Source of the DNA: Folioceros fuciformis
Lineage: Eukaryota
NCBI GenBank assembly: GCA_049999805.1
Contig: JBNGIO010006095.1
Coordinates: 1-60,392, forward strand
Direction of reading: 5' to 3'
Length of the DNA: 60,392 nt
The translations under genes and the position numbers were made by a program. The notes beneath the pieces were generated by a model. That model had not been told where the DNA came from. It saw only the letters and a list, made by a program, of their open reading frames with translations, and did not search any database. Below are positions 20,578 through 36,452 of this stretch, one piece after another. Each line of letters starts with the position of its first letter. Position 1 is the stretch's first letter.

Positions 20578-22644
20578 TTGGTGCACAGCGATGGAAGAGC
20601 GGGCTCACATGATCACCTTGCCCCTAGAGGAGCGCTCGTCGAGGACTTCTCAGCGTTGGACGAAGTGTTTTCTGCTCCGTTTGCAGCGTCCTCCCTAGTA
20701 GATGAAGAACATGGGGTCAGGAGTGACAAGGAGAATTTTGTCAGGTATCCTTATTTCCACACATGGAATCCTTGTACATCGTTGGGATATGGCGAAGTTT
20801 CTTGCTGGTTTCATATAATGGCTAGCTTGGTCTGATTCTTCGCTGGTACTTGCAGCAAAGTGTGCAAAGATGATGACCAGCTGTTCGACGCAGTGAGGGC
20901 TTTGGACCTCATGTGCAAGCAGGGAATCCAGGTGTCGGTGGGTATTTGGTATTCTTTGTTGAAGAGGTGCATGGCTCAGAAGAGCCTAGCCATGGGACGG
21001 TATGTGCATGCCCTTGCATACCGAAGTGGGTACAACCGCAACATTTTTCTAGGAAACCACATCATCCGCATGTATGCCTCTCATGGCAGTCTAGCAGAGG
21101 CCAACCAGGTGTTCAGAACACTTCCGGCACCCAATGCTTTTGTCTGGACTTCAATGATTACAGCCTACGCGGAACATGGGGAAGCGGAGCAGGCCATAAG
21201 ACTGTATTTGCAGATGCGGCAATCCAGTGTGAAACCAAATGACTACATGTTTGTGGCAGTGTTGAAAGCCTGTGCAGACATCGGTGATTTGGCATCAGGG
21301 AAACTGGTACATGCTGATTTGGTGGGCAGCTGCTTCGAGGTGAATGGGTTTGTGGTGAGTGCACTGGTGGACTTATATGCAAAGTGGGGAAGTCTGGAGG
21401 AGGCTCGAAGAGTCTTCGACAAATTGGTAACCAAGGATGTGGTGGCATGGAATACTATGATTGCAGGATATGCCCAGCACAGTCTTGGTCAGCAAGCTAT
21501 CGCCCTGTATACAGACATGAAGCGAGATGGCGTGTTGTTTCTTGGCAACCAAGCGACGTTTGCAATTGCTCTGAAGGCATGTGGCAGTGCCGGGGCGATA
21601 TATGAGGGTAGACGAATCCACGTTCAGGTCTTGGAAAGAGGCTTTGAAGCAGACGTGGTGGTGGGCAATGCACTAGTAGACATGTATGCAAAATGTGGGA
21701 GCATGGAGGACTGCCACACACTGTTTAGCAGACTGTCCACGAGGGACACAGTGACATGGACTGCCCTCATTGATGCATATGGCCAGCACAATGACTCGGC
21801 AATGGCTGTGCAGTGTTTCGAGGACATGCTGCAACAGGGGGTGGACCCAGATGCCGCTACGTTTTCTTGCCTCCTTACTGCATGCAGCCATGTGGGCCTG
21901 GTGAGCATGGGCAGTCACTACTTTCGAACGATGGAGGAGGAGTACGGCATTTTACCAGGAATTGAGCACTACAATAGCATGGTTGATATTCTTGGAAGGT
22001 CTGGACAACTGGGCGAGGCAGAACTTCTTCTTCGAACAATGCCCTACGAAAATCCTACTGTGGGTTGGATGTCTCTGCTGACTGCCTGTAGACAGCATGC
22101 TAACGCAGAGCTAGGAAGGATATGTTTTGACCGCTTGGTCCAACTGGAACCCAATCAGGCTGCTGTCTACGTGCTTATGTCCAATATATATGCCAAGGAT
22201 GGACGGTGGCAGGACGCAGATAAAATAGAGAACATGCGACAGGATGCAGGAGCTCGTAAGAAGCCTGCAAAGGCCTCGGTCGAAGTGGATCACAAGGTGC
22301 ATGAATTCATTGTGGGCGACATAACAGAGGACACTCGCGCAAAGTTAAGGAGCTTAAATCTTATGAATGGAGACGTACCTGATGCAGGCATGATGTTGGA
22401 CCCAGATCCGATCAAGGATGATGCTCTTTGTGGACACGCTGAGAAGCTTGCATTGGCTTATGGTCTCCTCAACACACCCGAAGGAACCACCTTGCTGGTA
22501 ACGAAAAATCTGCGGATGTGTGACCATTGCCACAGAGGCACGAAGATCATCTCCAAGATTGAGAATAGGGAGATCATAATTAGAGACGCCCACCGAGTTC
22601 ATCACTTCAAGGGTGGCGTTTGTTCGTGTGGAGACCACAATTGA
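20578..22644 (+). CDS. PLS-PPR-E-DYW:KP protein (putative U-to-C editing factor), ends DHN
   Basis: Motifs ARKKPAKASVE, CGHAEKLA, NLRMCDHCH and RVHHFKGGVCSC. An in-phase intron spans 20745-20855. A further 5' exon is likely. Confidence 0.93.
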
Positions 22645-22806
22645 GAGCTGTCAGTACGAACAGAAATTCAGCATCACACTCATCCGGACTGCATTCAAGA
22701 GACTTACTCAGGTTGTGGAAGCTGTGGACCCTATCAGGGCCAAAGCCATTTGAAGGTTGCCGTTAAATCCAGACAACAGATTCCACAGTAGTCACAAACA
22801 GGTGTA

Positions 22807-25711
22807 TCAGACTGGGATCCTCGCGTCCAATTGGTTATTTAATTCTGATAGCTTTGCATACACAGGTTGGGTGTGGGGCTGATTGTCCAGCCCCACTAAG
22901 AACGTGTACACCTTGCCCTGATGCTCAATCCAACTCCGACCAGCCTTCTTCCAAGCGCCTGCACGCACTCTCATGGCCTCTATCTCCTCTGCTTCATCCC
23001 ACATTCGGGCATGCACATAGATGTTCTGCATGAGGGTGTAGGCAGCGCAGTGTTTGGGCTCCACACCGACAGCCTGTTTGAAGGCACGTCTTCCACACTC
23101 CACGTTGCCATACTTCCTGCAGCCCCCAAGCAATGACAACCACACTGCCAACCCAGGCTGCGTGGGCATAGTTGAAATCAGGCCTTCTGCCTCGTCGAAT
23201 AGGCCTGCACGCCCGAGGAGGTCGACAATGCTGACATAGTGTTCTATCGTGGGTACTAGACCGTAGTCCCGACTCATGGATTCAAAGTACACCATGCCTT
23301 GGTCCACCATGCCTGTGTGACTACACGCAGACAGAATGGGAACAAATGTAACCGAGTTTGGCCGCATGCCCATCCGCTGCATCTCCTGGAAGGCTAGGAG
23401 GCTCAGCTCATAGTCTCCCCGACGAGCGTATCCAGCAATAAGTGCAGTACAGGTGAAAACATTATGGTGCGGGTACGAGTCAAAGATTTTTCGAGCCTCC
23501 ACCATGCTCCCACATCTGCCGTATGCATGTACCATGGCACTTGCCACGGTAACACTCCATTCATATCCGGCTCCCACAATGTTGTTGCACACCTTTTTGC
23601 ACATACTGAGAGCTCCCAACTTGCTACAGGCTTTTAGGAGGCACAAGAACGTGGTTTCGTCTGGTGTCACTCCGTCATCTTGCATTTCATTGTAAAGGTG
23701 CAAGGCATTCTCAGCTTCCTCTTGCTCAGCGTATCCTAAAATCATAGCATTCCATGACACTCGGTCACGACGGGACAACCTGTCAAACACATGTCGTGCA
23801 TCCAGGACGCTCCCACAACTTGCATACATGTGCACAAGAGAGTTTCCGACATATACGTCTGAATCGTAGCCGCTTTTGATGACTTGAGCGTGTAACACTT
23901 TAGCCTTCTCAAGCGAGGCTTCTTTGAATGACTGCCCATCACTCCAGGTTGCTTTTTCCATGGCAGCCATGCTACCACATGCCTTGAGCACACTGACAAA
24001 AGTTCTATCATTTGGCCTGACACGAGTCTCTTGCATTCGGGTGAATAGTTGCAAAGCGTCGTCCCCCTGGTCTTGCAGGGCATAGCCTGCAATCATTGCA
24101 TTCCATGTGACCACATCGCGCTGGGATAGCATGTCAAACACATGCCGTGCATCCACAAGGCTTCCGCAATTCGCATACATGTGTACCAGAGTGTTGCCCA
24201 CGAAGACATCTGATTGATAACCTGTTCTCACAATATCAGCATGTATAGCTCGTCCTTGCTGAAGTGCTTCCACTTTCACCCATGTCCCGTCAATAAATAA
24301 CCCCTCATCTAATGCTGCAATGCTCCCACATGCTTTCAGCACACTGGCAAATGTTCTGTCGTTTGGCTCCAGCCCTCCATCTTTCATTTCTGCATAGAGC
24401 TTCAAAGCCTCATCACCCTGTTCTTGTCGAACATATCCTGCAATCATCACATTCCATGATACCACGCTTCGCCCCGACGCATCATCAAACACGGTGCGTG
24501 CATCACAAATACTTCCACAGCTAGCATACATGTGCATGAGCGTGTTGGCAACAAAGAGATTCAAGTCGATGCCTCTCCTAAGGATTTCCGCATGAATGTG
24601 CTTCCCCCTGTGAAGAGAAGAAAGCTTGACTACCCAAGAATCTATCGCCACCTCCGTCTCCTCTGCAGCTATGCTGCTACAGGCTTTGAGTATTCCTACA
24701 AAAGTCCGTTCGTCGGGCATCACACCCTCCTCCTTCATTTGTTCATAGAGTTGCAAGGACTTGTTACCCAAATTCTCCTGAGCACACCCTGCGATCATCG
24801 AGTTCCATAAACCTACATCCCTTTGAGACAAGGTGTCAAAAACCTGCCGCGCATCCTCCATTTTCCCACATCTTGCATACATGTCCACTAGACTTGTGCC
24901 CACAAATAGGTCTGTTTCACAACTGTATTTGACAGCCTCAGCATGGACACGCTTGCCTTCATCCAGGTCAGCTAGGACAGCACACGCTTTGAGCGCGCCA
25001 ACAAATGTGTGCCTGCTGGGCTCCACACCCTGCTCCTGCATCAGCCAGTAGGTTCTCAGAGCCGCGTGACCTTGCCCACTCTTGCTGTACCCCGAAATAA
25101 GAGCGGTCCAGGAGAGCGCTGAAGGTGTGGAAAGCCTATTGAAAACCTGGATGGCATCCGCAAGACCTCGGCATTTGACAAACATGTTGACAATCCAGTC
25201 ACCCAAGTAGCCGTGGCGCTCCAGCCCACTTTTAGCAATGTGGGCATGAAGTTGCCTAGCCTTACCCAGGTCCTTCCTTCTCGTACAGGCTTGCAAGAGC
25301 GAGCCATAGACTTGGATCGAAACCTGCTGGTCGCCGAGCAGCACAGCATCCAGTACCTCATCCAGCCCCTGGCGGATCTCCAGATACTTTGCAGCCTCGG
25401 AGTCGTCACCAGTGCCTACACTGCGCATCCCTGACAGAAAAAATGATTTTCATCACCATGCCCTGAAGGATAAGAATGTCATCTCGATGCAAAACCGAAA
25501 CATCCGGTCACTTGCCTCTTCCTTCAGATGTGCCGAGAACTGCAGACCACGTCCGCCTGCAGCTCTTGTCCCATCCCTCCCGCAACCCTAAGGCTGTTTG
25601 CTGTCCGCTTGATTGACGAGGCCCGAAAGATCCCTGGCAAAGAAGGCTAGAATGGAGAGGCCATTCTAGGCGCAGTCTTTCCACCATGGCCCCAAGGTCG
25701 CCCAGCACCAT
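22807..25711 (-). CDS. PLS-PPR-E+ protein with three long-L motifs, no deaminase
   Basis: 873-aa ORF ending AWKKAGRSWIEHQGKVYTFLVG...*. Upstream exon 25711-25516 joins in phase through a GC-AG intron at 25515-25431. Confidence 0.92.
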
Positions 25712-26100
25712 ATTCCTCTCACCATACACATGCTATCATTTGTGCAAGGAAGGGATGCAACGCGTTTCCCAGTTGAGACATTCCAAGAGATCGACATGGG
25801 CCGTGCATTTTCCAGCAGGCAGTCTCGCGGGTTCCTTAGACCGACAAGGTCATGGAGTTTGCTTGAGTGGCATGAAAAGGCACAGGTGTGGAATGCTGCA
25901 GAAGTAGATTAGATGTAGATCATCAATCCCCTTAACCGGGGTCGGAAAAGCTCGCACCTCTTACGTCGGCATAAAACGCTCGGAGATGGTAACGAAGGAG
26001 GCTAAAACTATCGCTCTCCTCAAAATGGAAGTGCGTCCACTAAAAGAAAGACAACCAAAAAAAAACGACAAAACGCTTGCTGGCAGATGCTGCATCTTCG

Positions 26101-27732
<1,632 letters not shown>

Positions 27733-28082
27733 TCAGCGGAGTCTTCGTCTTCGCGTCTGCGGGCTCTTCCTTCTGCTGAAAACCCTGCGTATCAATGAAT
27801 CCAAACGAGTCCGACGCTCAACACACCAACGACTCCATCACTTGGCTGTGCTGTGAGGGAGCATCCGACTTGCTAGTCGGCGACCCATGTAATCCATAGC
27901 AACATCTGTCCAGCAACCCAGGTGAGCCACTCGCGTGAAATCCCCAAGCGCCAACCACATACAAAACCCTAAACGCATAATGCAATAAACACCACCTTCT
28001 GGACAGTGCGCTCCGAAACACCAACACCAGGACACACGAGTACCATCTCCTCTTGCGTATTATTTTGAAGGTTCTTTAAATT

Positions 28083-31000
28083 TCAGAAATGATGATGAAG
28101 AAGCTCCGGCCTTAACAGTGCACTCAATTCCTGCAGTTTTGCATAAATCTGTTGGCGTCGTGTTTGTGTGTGGCTTTGATCTGCTGCCAGGAAAGAGTAC
28201 ACCTTCTTGTCAAGTTCTATCCAGCTCCGCCCTGGGACTTTCCACGCACCGGCTCGCTGTCTCAGAGGCTCTAATTCCTTTGCCTCCTTCCACAACCTGG
28301 CATTTGCGTAGATGCTTGACATGAGCAGATAAGCTGCACTGTGCCGTGGTTCCAGACTGACAGCACGATCGAAGGCTCGCCTTCCCAGCTCCACGTTGTT
28401 GTACTTCCGGCAGGCACCGAGCAAGGATAACCAGACTTTGTAATCAGGCGGCACAGGCATGGACACCAGCAGCTCTTCCACTTTGTCAAATAGTCCAGCA
28501 CGGCCAAGTAAGTCCACCAGGCTTGAGTAATGGAGGACAGTAGGGATCAGTCTGTGCTCTCTGATCATAGACTCGAAGTACCAGATGCCTTTGTGCACCA
28601 TACCAGCATGACTGCATGCAGTCAGGACAGACAGGAAGGTAACTGCATTAGGCGTCTCACCAGCCATTTGCATTTCGTCGAAGCACTGGAAACAGAGATG
28701 TGATTCCCCCTGCCAGGCGTACCCGGAAATCAACGCATTCCATGCTGCCACATCAGGGTCAGGTAGCATGTCAAGCACTTGGCGAGCACGGACCATGCTG
28801 TTGCATTTACCATACGCATGAATGAGAGATGTCGCCAGATTGACATTGCGCTCCATGCCACTGGCCACGACGTCGTGATGAATCCTGTGGCACATCTCCA
28901 AAGCCCCGGCACTGCTGCACACTTTGAGGAGAGAGATGAACGTTGCCTGGTCTGGCCGTGCGTCAGACTCTTGCATTTCGGTATACATCTGCAACGCCTT
29001 GTCAACTTGTTGCTGCCTCGCATACCCCGAACTCATTGCTGTCCAGGAGACCATAAATCTCTGGGACAACGAGCCGAAGGTGTCCTGTGCGGTCAACATG
29101 TCACCACAGGTTGCATACACACAGACCAGGGTGTTACCGATGCCAATGTCCGACTCGTGTCCCATTCTTCTCAGTTCTGCATGGATGTCTCTTAGGATCA
29201 GGAGCGATTGCGGCTTCACAAGTTGTCCTTCAACTAAGCTGTCCTCTTCAGCAGAGGCTAGGGCACCACAACCTTTGAGTACGCTCTCGAAGGTCCACCG
29301 GTCTGGCCTTATGCCCCTCTGCTGCATTTCAGCATAAAGTGAGAGAGCCATGTGACCTTGTTCGTGCTGGGCGTATGCCCCAATCATGGTGTTCCACGAC
29401 ACCACGTCCTGCTGGGACAATTTGTCAAACACTAGTCTGGCGTCGCCCAGGTTCCCACTTTGAGCGTACATGTGAATCAAGGCGTTGCCTACACATTCAT
29501 CCTGCTGGCCACACGTTACAACTTGAGCATGAAGCTCCCTACCCTTGTGAAGAGCTGACAATCTGAGCCGTTGTCCATTCACCAGTGTATCCTCTTCGGT
29601 GGCTGCAATGGCAGCACATGCTGTGAGCAGGCTAGCGAATGTCCTCTTGTCTGGACTCACACCTGCCACTCGCATCTGGGAATAGAGCTGCAATGCCATC
29701 TCACTCTGGTTCTGTTGAGCATATCCTGTGATCATGGCAGTCCAAGCCACCACATCGCGTGCAGAGAGTGCATCAAAAACAAGCCTCGCATTAGCCATGT
29801 CTCCACACTTAGCATACATGTTCACTAGACTGCTGGCAATGTATAAATCCGTTTCATATTGTGCCCTCATCACTGCTTCATGGATTACCTTTCCCCGTTT
29901 CAACGAACCGGCTTTGACCACTGCTCCATCTACAAGTGTATCTCCTTCCTTGGCTGCCAAAGTACCACATGCTTTGATTGCACTAACGAAAGTCCTGTCA
30001 TTAGGAGAAACGCCCTCTCTGAGCATCTGTTCATACAATTGGAGAGCTTCCACACCATGCCCCTGCTGCGCATACACTGTAATCATGGCAGTCCATGACA
30101 CCACATCGTGTCTTGGAATTCCGTCAAAAACACACCTTGCATCAATCATGCTACCAGACTTGGCATACATGGCCAGCAAACTGCTGGCAACAAACACATC
30201 GGATTCATAGCCTCTTCTGATAACTTCGGCATGAAGCTCCCGACCCTGATCCAGGCTCTCTACTTTCAGATATTCCTCATCGACTTTAGTGTCTTCTTCC
30301 AGTTCTGCCAGACTACCACACGCTTTCAGTACACTAACGAAGGTTCTATTGCCTGGCCTCAGACCATGGGAGCACATTTCTTTGTACAAGTACAAAGCTT
30401 TCCTACCGTCTTCCCCCTGCCGAGCGTACCCAGCGATCATGACATTCCATGACACCACATCCCGCTGGCGCAGAGACTGAAAGACCGAGTGTGCATCCGT
30501 CATTCTGCCACATTTTGCATACATATCGACCAATGCTGTGCCCACAAATAATTCAGTCTGGAGCCTGCTCCTGACAGCATCATCATGAAGCTGCTTACCC
30601 TGTTCCAAATCTTTTTCGCTGCCACAGGCTTTGAGCATACCAACAAGAAGGTACTTGTTTGGACTTACCCTTTCCACCCGCATCTGCTTGTAAAATCTAA
30701 ATGCCTCTTGATTCTGTCCAGCACTGAGATGGCCTGAGATGAGTGCATGCCATGAGCCAGCCGTGCGGTGAGGCAGTTGCTTGAACACCTCCCCCACATT
30801 CCCAAAACTCCCAAACTTTACATACACCAGAACCAGCAAATTGGCGAGGTGGCCATTAGAATCAACTTTGCTCTTCACTATATGGGCATGCAGTAACTTT
30901 ACCACAGGCAATGCCTTCCTCCTAGAGCAAGCCTGCAACAAATACTCGTAAGTCGCTACCGAGGCTACACAGCCCTGCTGATGCATCAAAATGAGGGCGT

Positions 31001-31127
31001 CAAGCGCAGTCTCCAGATGTCCTTCCTCACACAGGTTCTTCACTTTGTTGGCACTCTCAGATCCGCTGTGCACGCTGTACAGGACATGGACATAGAGCAT
31101 TTCAGCTGGTGGCAATTCACACCCCAC
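28083..31127 (-). CDS. PLS-PPR-E+ protein with four long-L motifs, no deaminase
   Basis: 1014-aa ORF ending AWKVPGRSWIELDKKVYSFLAADQSH...IYAKLQEL...*. A probable splice acceptor lies at ~31133, with 5' exon(s) toward ~31550. Confidence 0.93.
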   Translation of the reverse strand: MGCELPPAEMLYVHVLYSVHSGSESANKVKNLCEEGHLETALDALILMHQQGCVASVATYEYLLQACSRRKALPVVKLLHAHIVKSKVDSNGHLANLLVLVYVKFGSFGNVGEVFKQLPHRTAGSWHALISGHLSAGQNQEAFRFYKQMRVERVSPNKYLLVGMLKACGSEKDLEQGKQLHDDAVRSRLQTELFVGTALVDMYAKCGRMTDAHSVFQSLRQRDVVSWNVMIAGYARQGEDGRKALYLYKEMCSHGLRPGNRTFVSVLKACGSLAELEEDTKVDEEYLKVESLDQGRELHAEVIRRGYESDVFVASSLLAMYAKSGSMIDARCVFDGIPRHDVVSWTAMITVYAQQGHGVEALQLYEQMLREGVSPNDRTFVSAIKACGTLAAKEGDTLVDGAVVKAGSLKRGKVIHEAVMRAQYETDLYIASSLVNMYAKCGDMANARLVFDALSARDVVAWTAMITGYAQQNQSEMALQLYSQMRVAGVSPDKRTFASLLTACAAIAATEEDTLVNGQRLRLSALHKGRELHAQVVTCGQQDECVGNALIHMYAQSGNLGDARLVFDKLSQQDVVSWNTMIGAYAQHEQGHMALSLYAEMQQRGIRPDRWTFESVLKGCGALASAEEDSLVEGQLVKPQSLLILRDIHAELRRMGHESDIGIGNTLVCVYATCGDMLTAQDTFGSLSQRFMVSWTAMSSGYARQQQVDKALQMYTEMQESDARPDQATFISLLKVCSSAGALEMCHRIHHDVVASGMERNVNLATSLIHAYGKCNSMVRARQVLDMLPDPDVAAWNALISGYAWQGESHLCFQCFDEMQMAGETPNAVTFLSVLTACSHAGMVHKGIWYFESMIREHRLIPTVLHYSSLVDLLGRAGLFDKVEELLVSMPVPPDYKVWLSLLGACRKYNNVELGRRAFDRAVSLEPRHSAAYLLMSSIYANARLWKEAKELEPLRQRAGAWKVPGRSWIELDKKVYSFLAADQSHTQTRRQQIYAKLQELSALLRPELLHHHF

Positions 31128-32169
31128 AATTCCTGTCTTTCACACGTCAATGTGACAAAGATGCCACAAAATGTTACCAGAACCGCGCCGACTGCTTAAG
31201 GTTCAAGCCCCAAGTAGGATGTTTCCTCAGCTCTTCATCCCTGGCTGAAGCGGGGGGAAGCGTGCCCACTTGCAACCAGATGCACCTACTCGTAAACCGT
31301 AATCGCCTGTACCACAAGCCCGAACGATGGGAACCTCCCTGCAGAGACACCCGTGGATCTGTTTATAACAGCCCAGAGCAAGTGCAGTGCCACCTGGTGA
31401 GCTCAGGAATACACCTGTGAGCGGCAATTTCATTCGTGTGCACACAGGCAAAGTGACTCCTACCTGTGGTAATCTCTTGTCCCAGCATTTTGAAGGATTC
31501 CAGCAAACAATTGGACAGCCCCTCTCCATCGGCATCTGAATCAGCCATCTAGCATTTGCGCAACCAGTATCCATGAGCATAGATTTCTTTCCCCACCCCC
31601 TCACTGTTACTACTCCTTAAGGGGTTCTCAGAGGAAAGGTTCTGGCAAGAAGAATGTTCAGAACTGCTATAGGTGCAAAGGATAGCGGGCTAACGGGCTT
31701 CTAATATCACTGATACTCAACCCAGCCAGTTCTCCATTCCTGCTCGTCACAGGTTTCTCAGATGGATGGATTTTCAGAGTGAGATTTTTCAGAACTGCTA
31801 CACAGGAGGCAATAGTGGGCCAAAACGATCCATCTATCATCTGTTATCATAGGCGCCGTTGCGTTTAAGCTGTACAGATTTCCCTGCGCAAGCAATATTG
31901 ATCCTCCGTTTATGCAACTTAGCTCGGTGTCTGGTCCCTCCGCGCTGTACGTACAGGAGGAGAGCGTTGTTTCCCGTCAGCAGATCGAAGGGGTCGTTCA
32001 CATGCCGACAACTGTCACCCAGACTGCTCAGGAAGTCTCAATTCCAATCAGGCAACGAGACTTATGCAGTCACCATCGGGCAAGGAAGCTTGCGCAGCTA
32101 TGGGCATTGCAACAACCACAGGGCCCATGATCTGCCCGGCCCTGGCTCACACGCTTTGCAAGCATATCC

Positions 32170-35100
32170 ATGTGCGAAGCAAGCATGTCCGTGATGCCTC
32201 CACGATCTGGCACCATGAAAAACATGGTGCGACTTCTACACGGCCTCTCTCGTGTCAGGCCGCCTGTCTGGATGACGGCGGAGGATGTAAGATTGGGCTG
32301 TGCCAACCCCTGCCGAGTGGTGGGAGGTGGAGGACAAGGTGGTGGAGCTGGAAGGGCGCAGATTTTCAGGTAGACTCTGTCTTGTGTGCTCAGCAACTGC
32401 CTAGTCTTGGATCTTGCCAAAGGTTTTGCAAACTTGTAAATTAGAACTCTGGATTCTCTTGCAGCATTACGCGCGCACTGGAGGTATGAATGGTTCTGAC
32501 ACTCATGCAGGGTGACAGACAAAAAAGGTTGTCTCAAGCCTGGAGCATGGAGGAAACTGTGCGAGGAGGGGCATCTGGATGTGGCCTTTCAAGCCCTGGA
32601 CCGTTTGGGTGAACGCGGGACATCAGGGTTCAAGGACATGCTGTACCGTATTCTGAAGGTGTGCATTGCCAGGAGAAATCTGTTCATCGGCACCCTCGTA
32701 CATGATCTTGTTGTGAACAGTGGGTACGAGGCAAATCCATTTTTGGGCAACCACGTGATTCGCATGTATGCTTCTCATGGGAGGTTGGTTGAGGCATCTC
32801 AGGTGTTCGCCAAGCTGGATTCACCGACTCCTTTCGTTTGGAGCTCTATGATTTCAGCACATAGTGAGCATGGACAGGCTGAGCAGGCCATAAACTTGTA
32901 TCAGCGAATGATAAAATCTGGCTCACAACCTGACCACTATGTATTTGTAGCTGTGCTGAAGGCGTGTGGTAGAGCAGTAGATTTAACTTCTGGGAAGTTG
33001 GTCCATGGGAATGTGGTTGAAAGTGGGCTGGAATCAAATATGTTTGTGGGAAACACCTTGGTTGACATGTATGGGAAATGTGGAAGCCTGGAAGATGCTC
33101 GCAGGGTGTTTGACCGGTTGCCAGTAAAAGACTTGGTGACATGGAGTGCCATCATCGCAGCTTATGCTCAGCATGGGCTCGGTCAAGAAGCTCTCACGCT
33201 GTTTGCAAGTATGGAGCAACAGGGCATAAGGCCTGACAGTGTGGCGTTTGTTAGCATGCTGAAGGCATGTAGTAGTGCGGGGGCCATATGTGTAGGCAAG
33301 CGCATTCATCGGCAAGTCATGGATGGGGGACTGGAAGGGGATTTGTATGTTGCAAACTCGCTGGTGGACATGTATGCCAAATGCGGCGGCCTTTCAGATG
33401 CTCAAAGACTGTTCGACAATATGCCAGATAAGACCTTGGTGACATGGAATGCTCTCATCGCAGGATATGCCCTGCATGGATTCAGTGAGGAAGCACTGAA
33501 GACTTATGTAAGCATGGAACAGCAGGGGATAGTGGCAGACAGTATGACATTTGTGAGCCTTTTGAAAGCTTGCAATAGTGTCTCTGATGGCAAGCGCCTT
33601 CATGCAGAGATTGACAGGAGAAAATTGGAAGACGACGTCTATGTGGGCAACAGTCTGCTTGATATGTATGCCAGATGTGGGAGTCTTCAAGATTCTCGTG
33701 ATTTGTTCAATAGGTTGTCCACGAGAAACGTGATAACATGGAACTCTCTCATCACCGCACATGCCCAGGATGGGCTCGATGAAGAAGCTCTCAAACTGTT
33801 TGTCAGCATGCAAGCAGAGGGTGTGAAGCCAGATGGCATCACTTTCATGACCATTTTGAGATCATGTGGTACTTTAGGAGCTATACTTGTGGGCAGACGG
33901 GTTCATGCCCAAATTCTGGAAGTTGGACTAGAAAGAGATGTCCTCGTTGCCAACACCGTAGTTGACATGTATTTGAAATGTAGGGACCTAGATGATGCAC
34001 GTAACGTGTTTGACAGACTCCATGTGAGGGACGTCGTAACATGGAACGCTATGATTGCTGGATATATGCAGCACCAACGTACTCAGGAAGCGTTGGCACT
34101 ATACATGGACATGCGACATAGTGGAATGAGTCCAGACAGTTTCACTCTTGCCAGTGTGCTGAAAGCATGTGGGAGCACAGCCGATATTCATGCCATTCAG
34201 CTAATTCATGCTGAAATTGTGGACAAGGGACTTGAAGGTGATGATTTTGTGGGCAATATTTTGGTTGACCTCTATACCTGTTGTGGACGACTAGAGGATG
34301 CCTGCAGAGTCTTTCACAGGTTGCCAGCCAGAGATGTGGTAGCATGGAGTACTTTGATTGCAGGATGTGTCCATCAGGGTCATGATCAAAAAGCCGTTGA
34401 GCTCTTCTTGAGAATGCAAGAAAGTGGTGTGGCACCAGATAGTGGCACATACGTGATCCTTCTAAAAGCTTGTGGAAGACTAGGAGCCTTAGAGGAGGGT
34501 AGGCAGATCCATGCACAGATCGTAGAAAGGGGACTAGGAGCGGATGTGTCAGTTGGAAGCTCTCTCATAGACATGTATTCCAAGTGTGGCAACCTCGAGA
34601 ATGCGCAAAAGGTGTTTGATAAACTGTTGCAGAAAGATGTGGTTGCATGGACTGCACTCATCGATGGATATGGCCAACATAATGACTGCAGGATGGCCAT
34701 GAAGTGCTTTGAAGAAATGCAACAGCATGGGTTGGCACCAGATGCTACGGCTTTTACTTGCATCATTGTTGCTTGCAGTCATGTGGGGCTGGTGGATGAA
34801 GGTTTGAGGTATTTCAAACAAATGATTGAAGAACATGCCATCACCCCAACGCCGGAGCACTATAATTGTATGGTTGATCTCCTAGGAAGGTCAGGGCGCT
34901 TGGAGAAGGCTCAAAAATTGCTGCAGACTCTGTCATTTGACCAGCGAACTGTAGGTTGGACGTCTCTTTTGTCCGCCAGCAAAATGCACGGCAACCAAGA
35001 GCTTGCAAGGTGGTCGTTTGATAACCTTGTAAGTATGGAACTGCATCATCCCTCTGCATATGCACTCATGTCGAAGACATATGCAGATGAAGGCAGGGAG

Positions 35101-35520
35101 GAGGATGCAGATGCAATCGAGAACATGAGGAAGTTGACAGGCGCTCAGAAAGAACCAGCGACTGCCTTGGTTGTGGTGAAGGACAAGTTGTATGAGTTTG
35201 TTGTAGGGCAAGAAAGTGACGATATAGCTTCAAAACTCAAGAGCCTGAACCTACAGATGCCGGAGGAAGATGGAGAGGTGGCTGACAAGACAGCAAATGC
35301 ACTGTGTGGACATGCTGAGAAACTGGCAGTGGCATTCGGACTGTTGAACACTCCAGATGGAACCCCGCTTGTGGTGATAAAAAACCTCAGGATGTGCACC
35401 AGCTGCCACAGTGGAACTAAAATCATCTCGAGACTAGAGAATCGAGAAATCGTCATTCGAGATGGCCACCGTGTCCATCACTTTAAGGATGGACTATGTT
35501 CCTGTGGAGACGATCTTTGA
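32170..35520 (+). CDS. PLS-PPR-E-DYW:KP-like protein (KEPATA box), ends DDL
   Basis: Exon 32170-32369 joins 32511-35520 in phase (AG|G = Arg). Motifs CGHAEKLAVAFG, NLRMCTSCH and RVHHFKDGLCSC. Confidence 0.94.
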
Positions 35521-36452
35521 GAGGCAACATTCCTTGGACAACGAACGAGCATCTGGCAGCATTTGACCGTCATCAGGAAAGGACGTAACTGACCGACTTC
35601 GGAAGTCTGGCCTGCCTGTGATGTGGAAAAGCAGGCCAGAACCGGCATCTGAGCAAAACGCTCAAGCTATCTTGCCGGGGATGAAAGACAAACTTCCAAC
35701 CACAGGAAGCACGTAGTCACGGATGAGGCACAGGAAGGTTAGTGCGTTCTCCAGTTGGAGCCTCTTTGCTAGACTGCATGTTGGCAATTCTAAGGCAAAG
35801 TGTACGTTTGCATTGCAGGCAGCGGGAATTGAAGGAGGACTCGTCGCAGGACGTAGGTGAAAGCACATCTTGTGCTAGGTCAGAATCCTGAACCACCTAT
35901 GGCGCATCTTTCACTTGTGTCGAAGGCTCACGATGTTCGTGCTCCGACACAGCAGCCATGACACAAGCGAAGATCCAGGCTATCCAGCGAGCAAGCAAGC
36001 AGCTTGCCCCCTGCTTATTTTATTGCGAGCTCGTGTATACACAACAGGCCTAAGGGTTCAGCGTTCCGTCAGATTCCTCAAACAAGCTCGTGTTCGCTGA
36101 CTCTGTATTTACATATGTACCTTGCGAAAAGGACTATATATATGACTGTTTATTCTGGCTCGGAATTGAGGTGCTACATGGTTTGCGTCGCTATATATGC
36201 ATATATGTGGTTGGTGGTAGAAAGTGGCGAGCGTGAAGATATACTCGAGGTGGTAACCCTAAGGCGATAACAAGGTAAGGCCACCAATAGCAACTGCGGG
36301 GGGTTCCTGGAAGGCGCGCCGCTTGGAGATAGGTGGCACAAATTATTGGTGTAGAAGAGAGGGTAGGCGGGCCCAAACGGCACCCCAAGCCCAAGGTCGG
36401 TGTTGGTTGTTAGCGGGTACTACCACCACCATCTACAGATACACGCTGGGAT

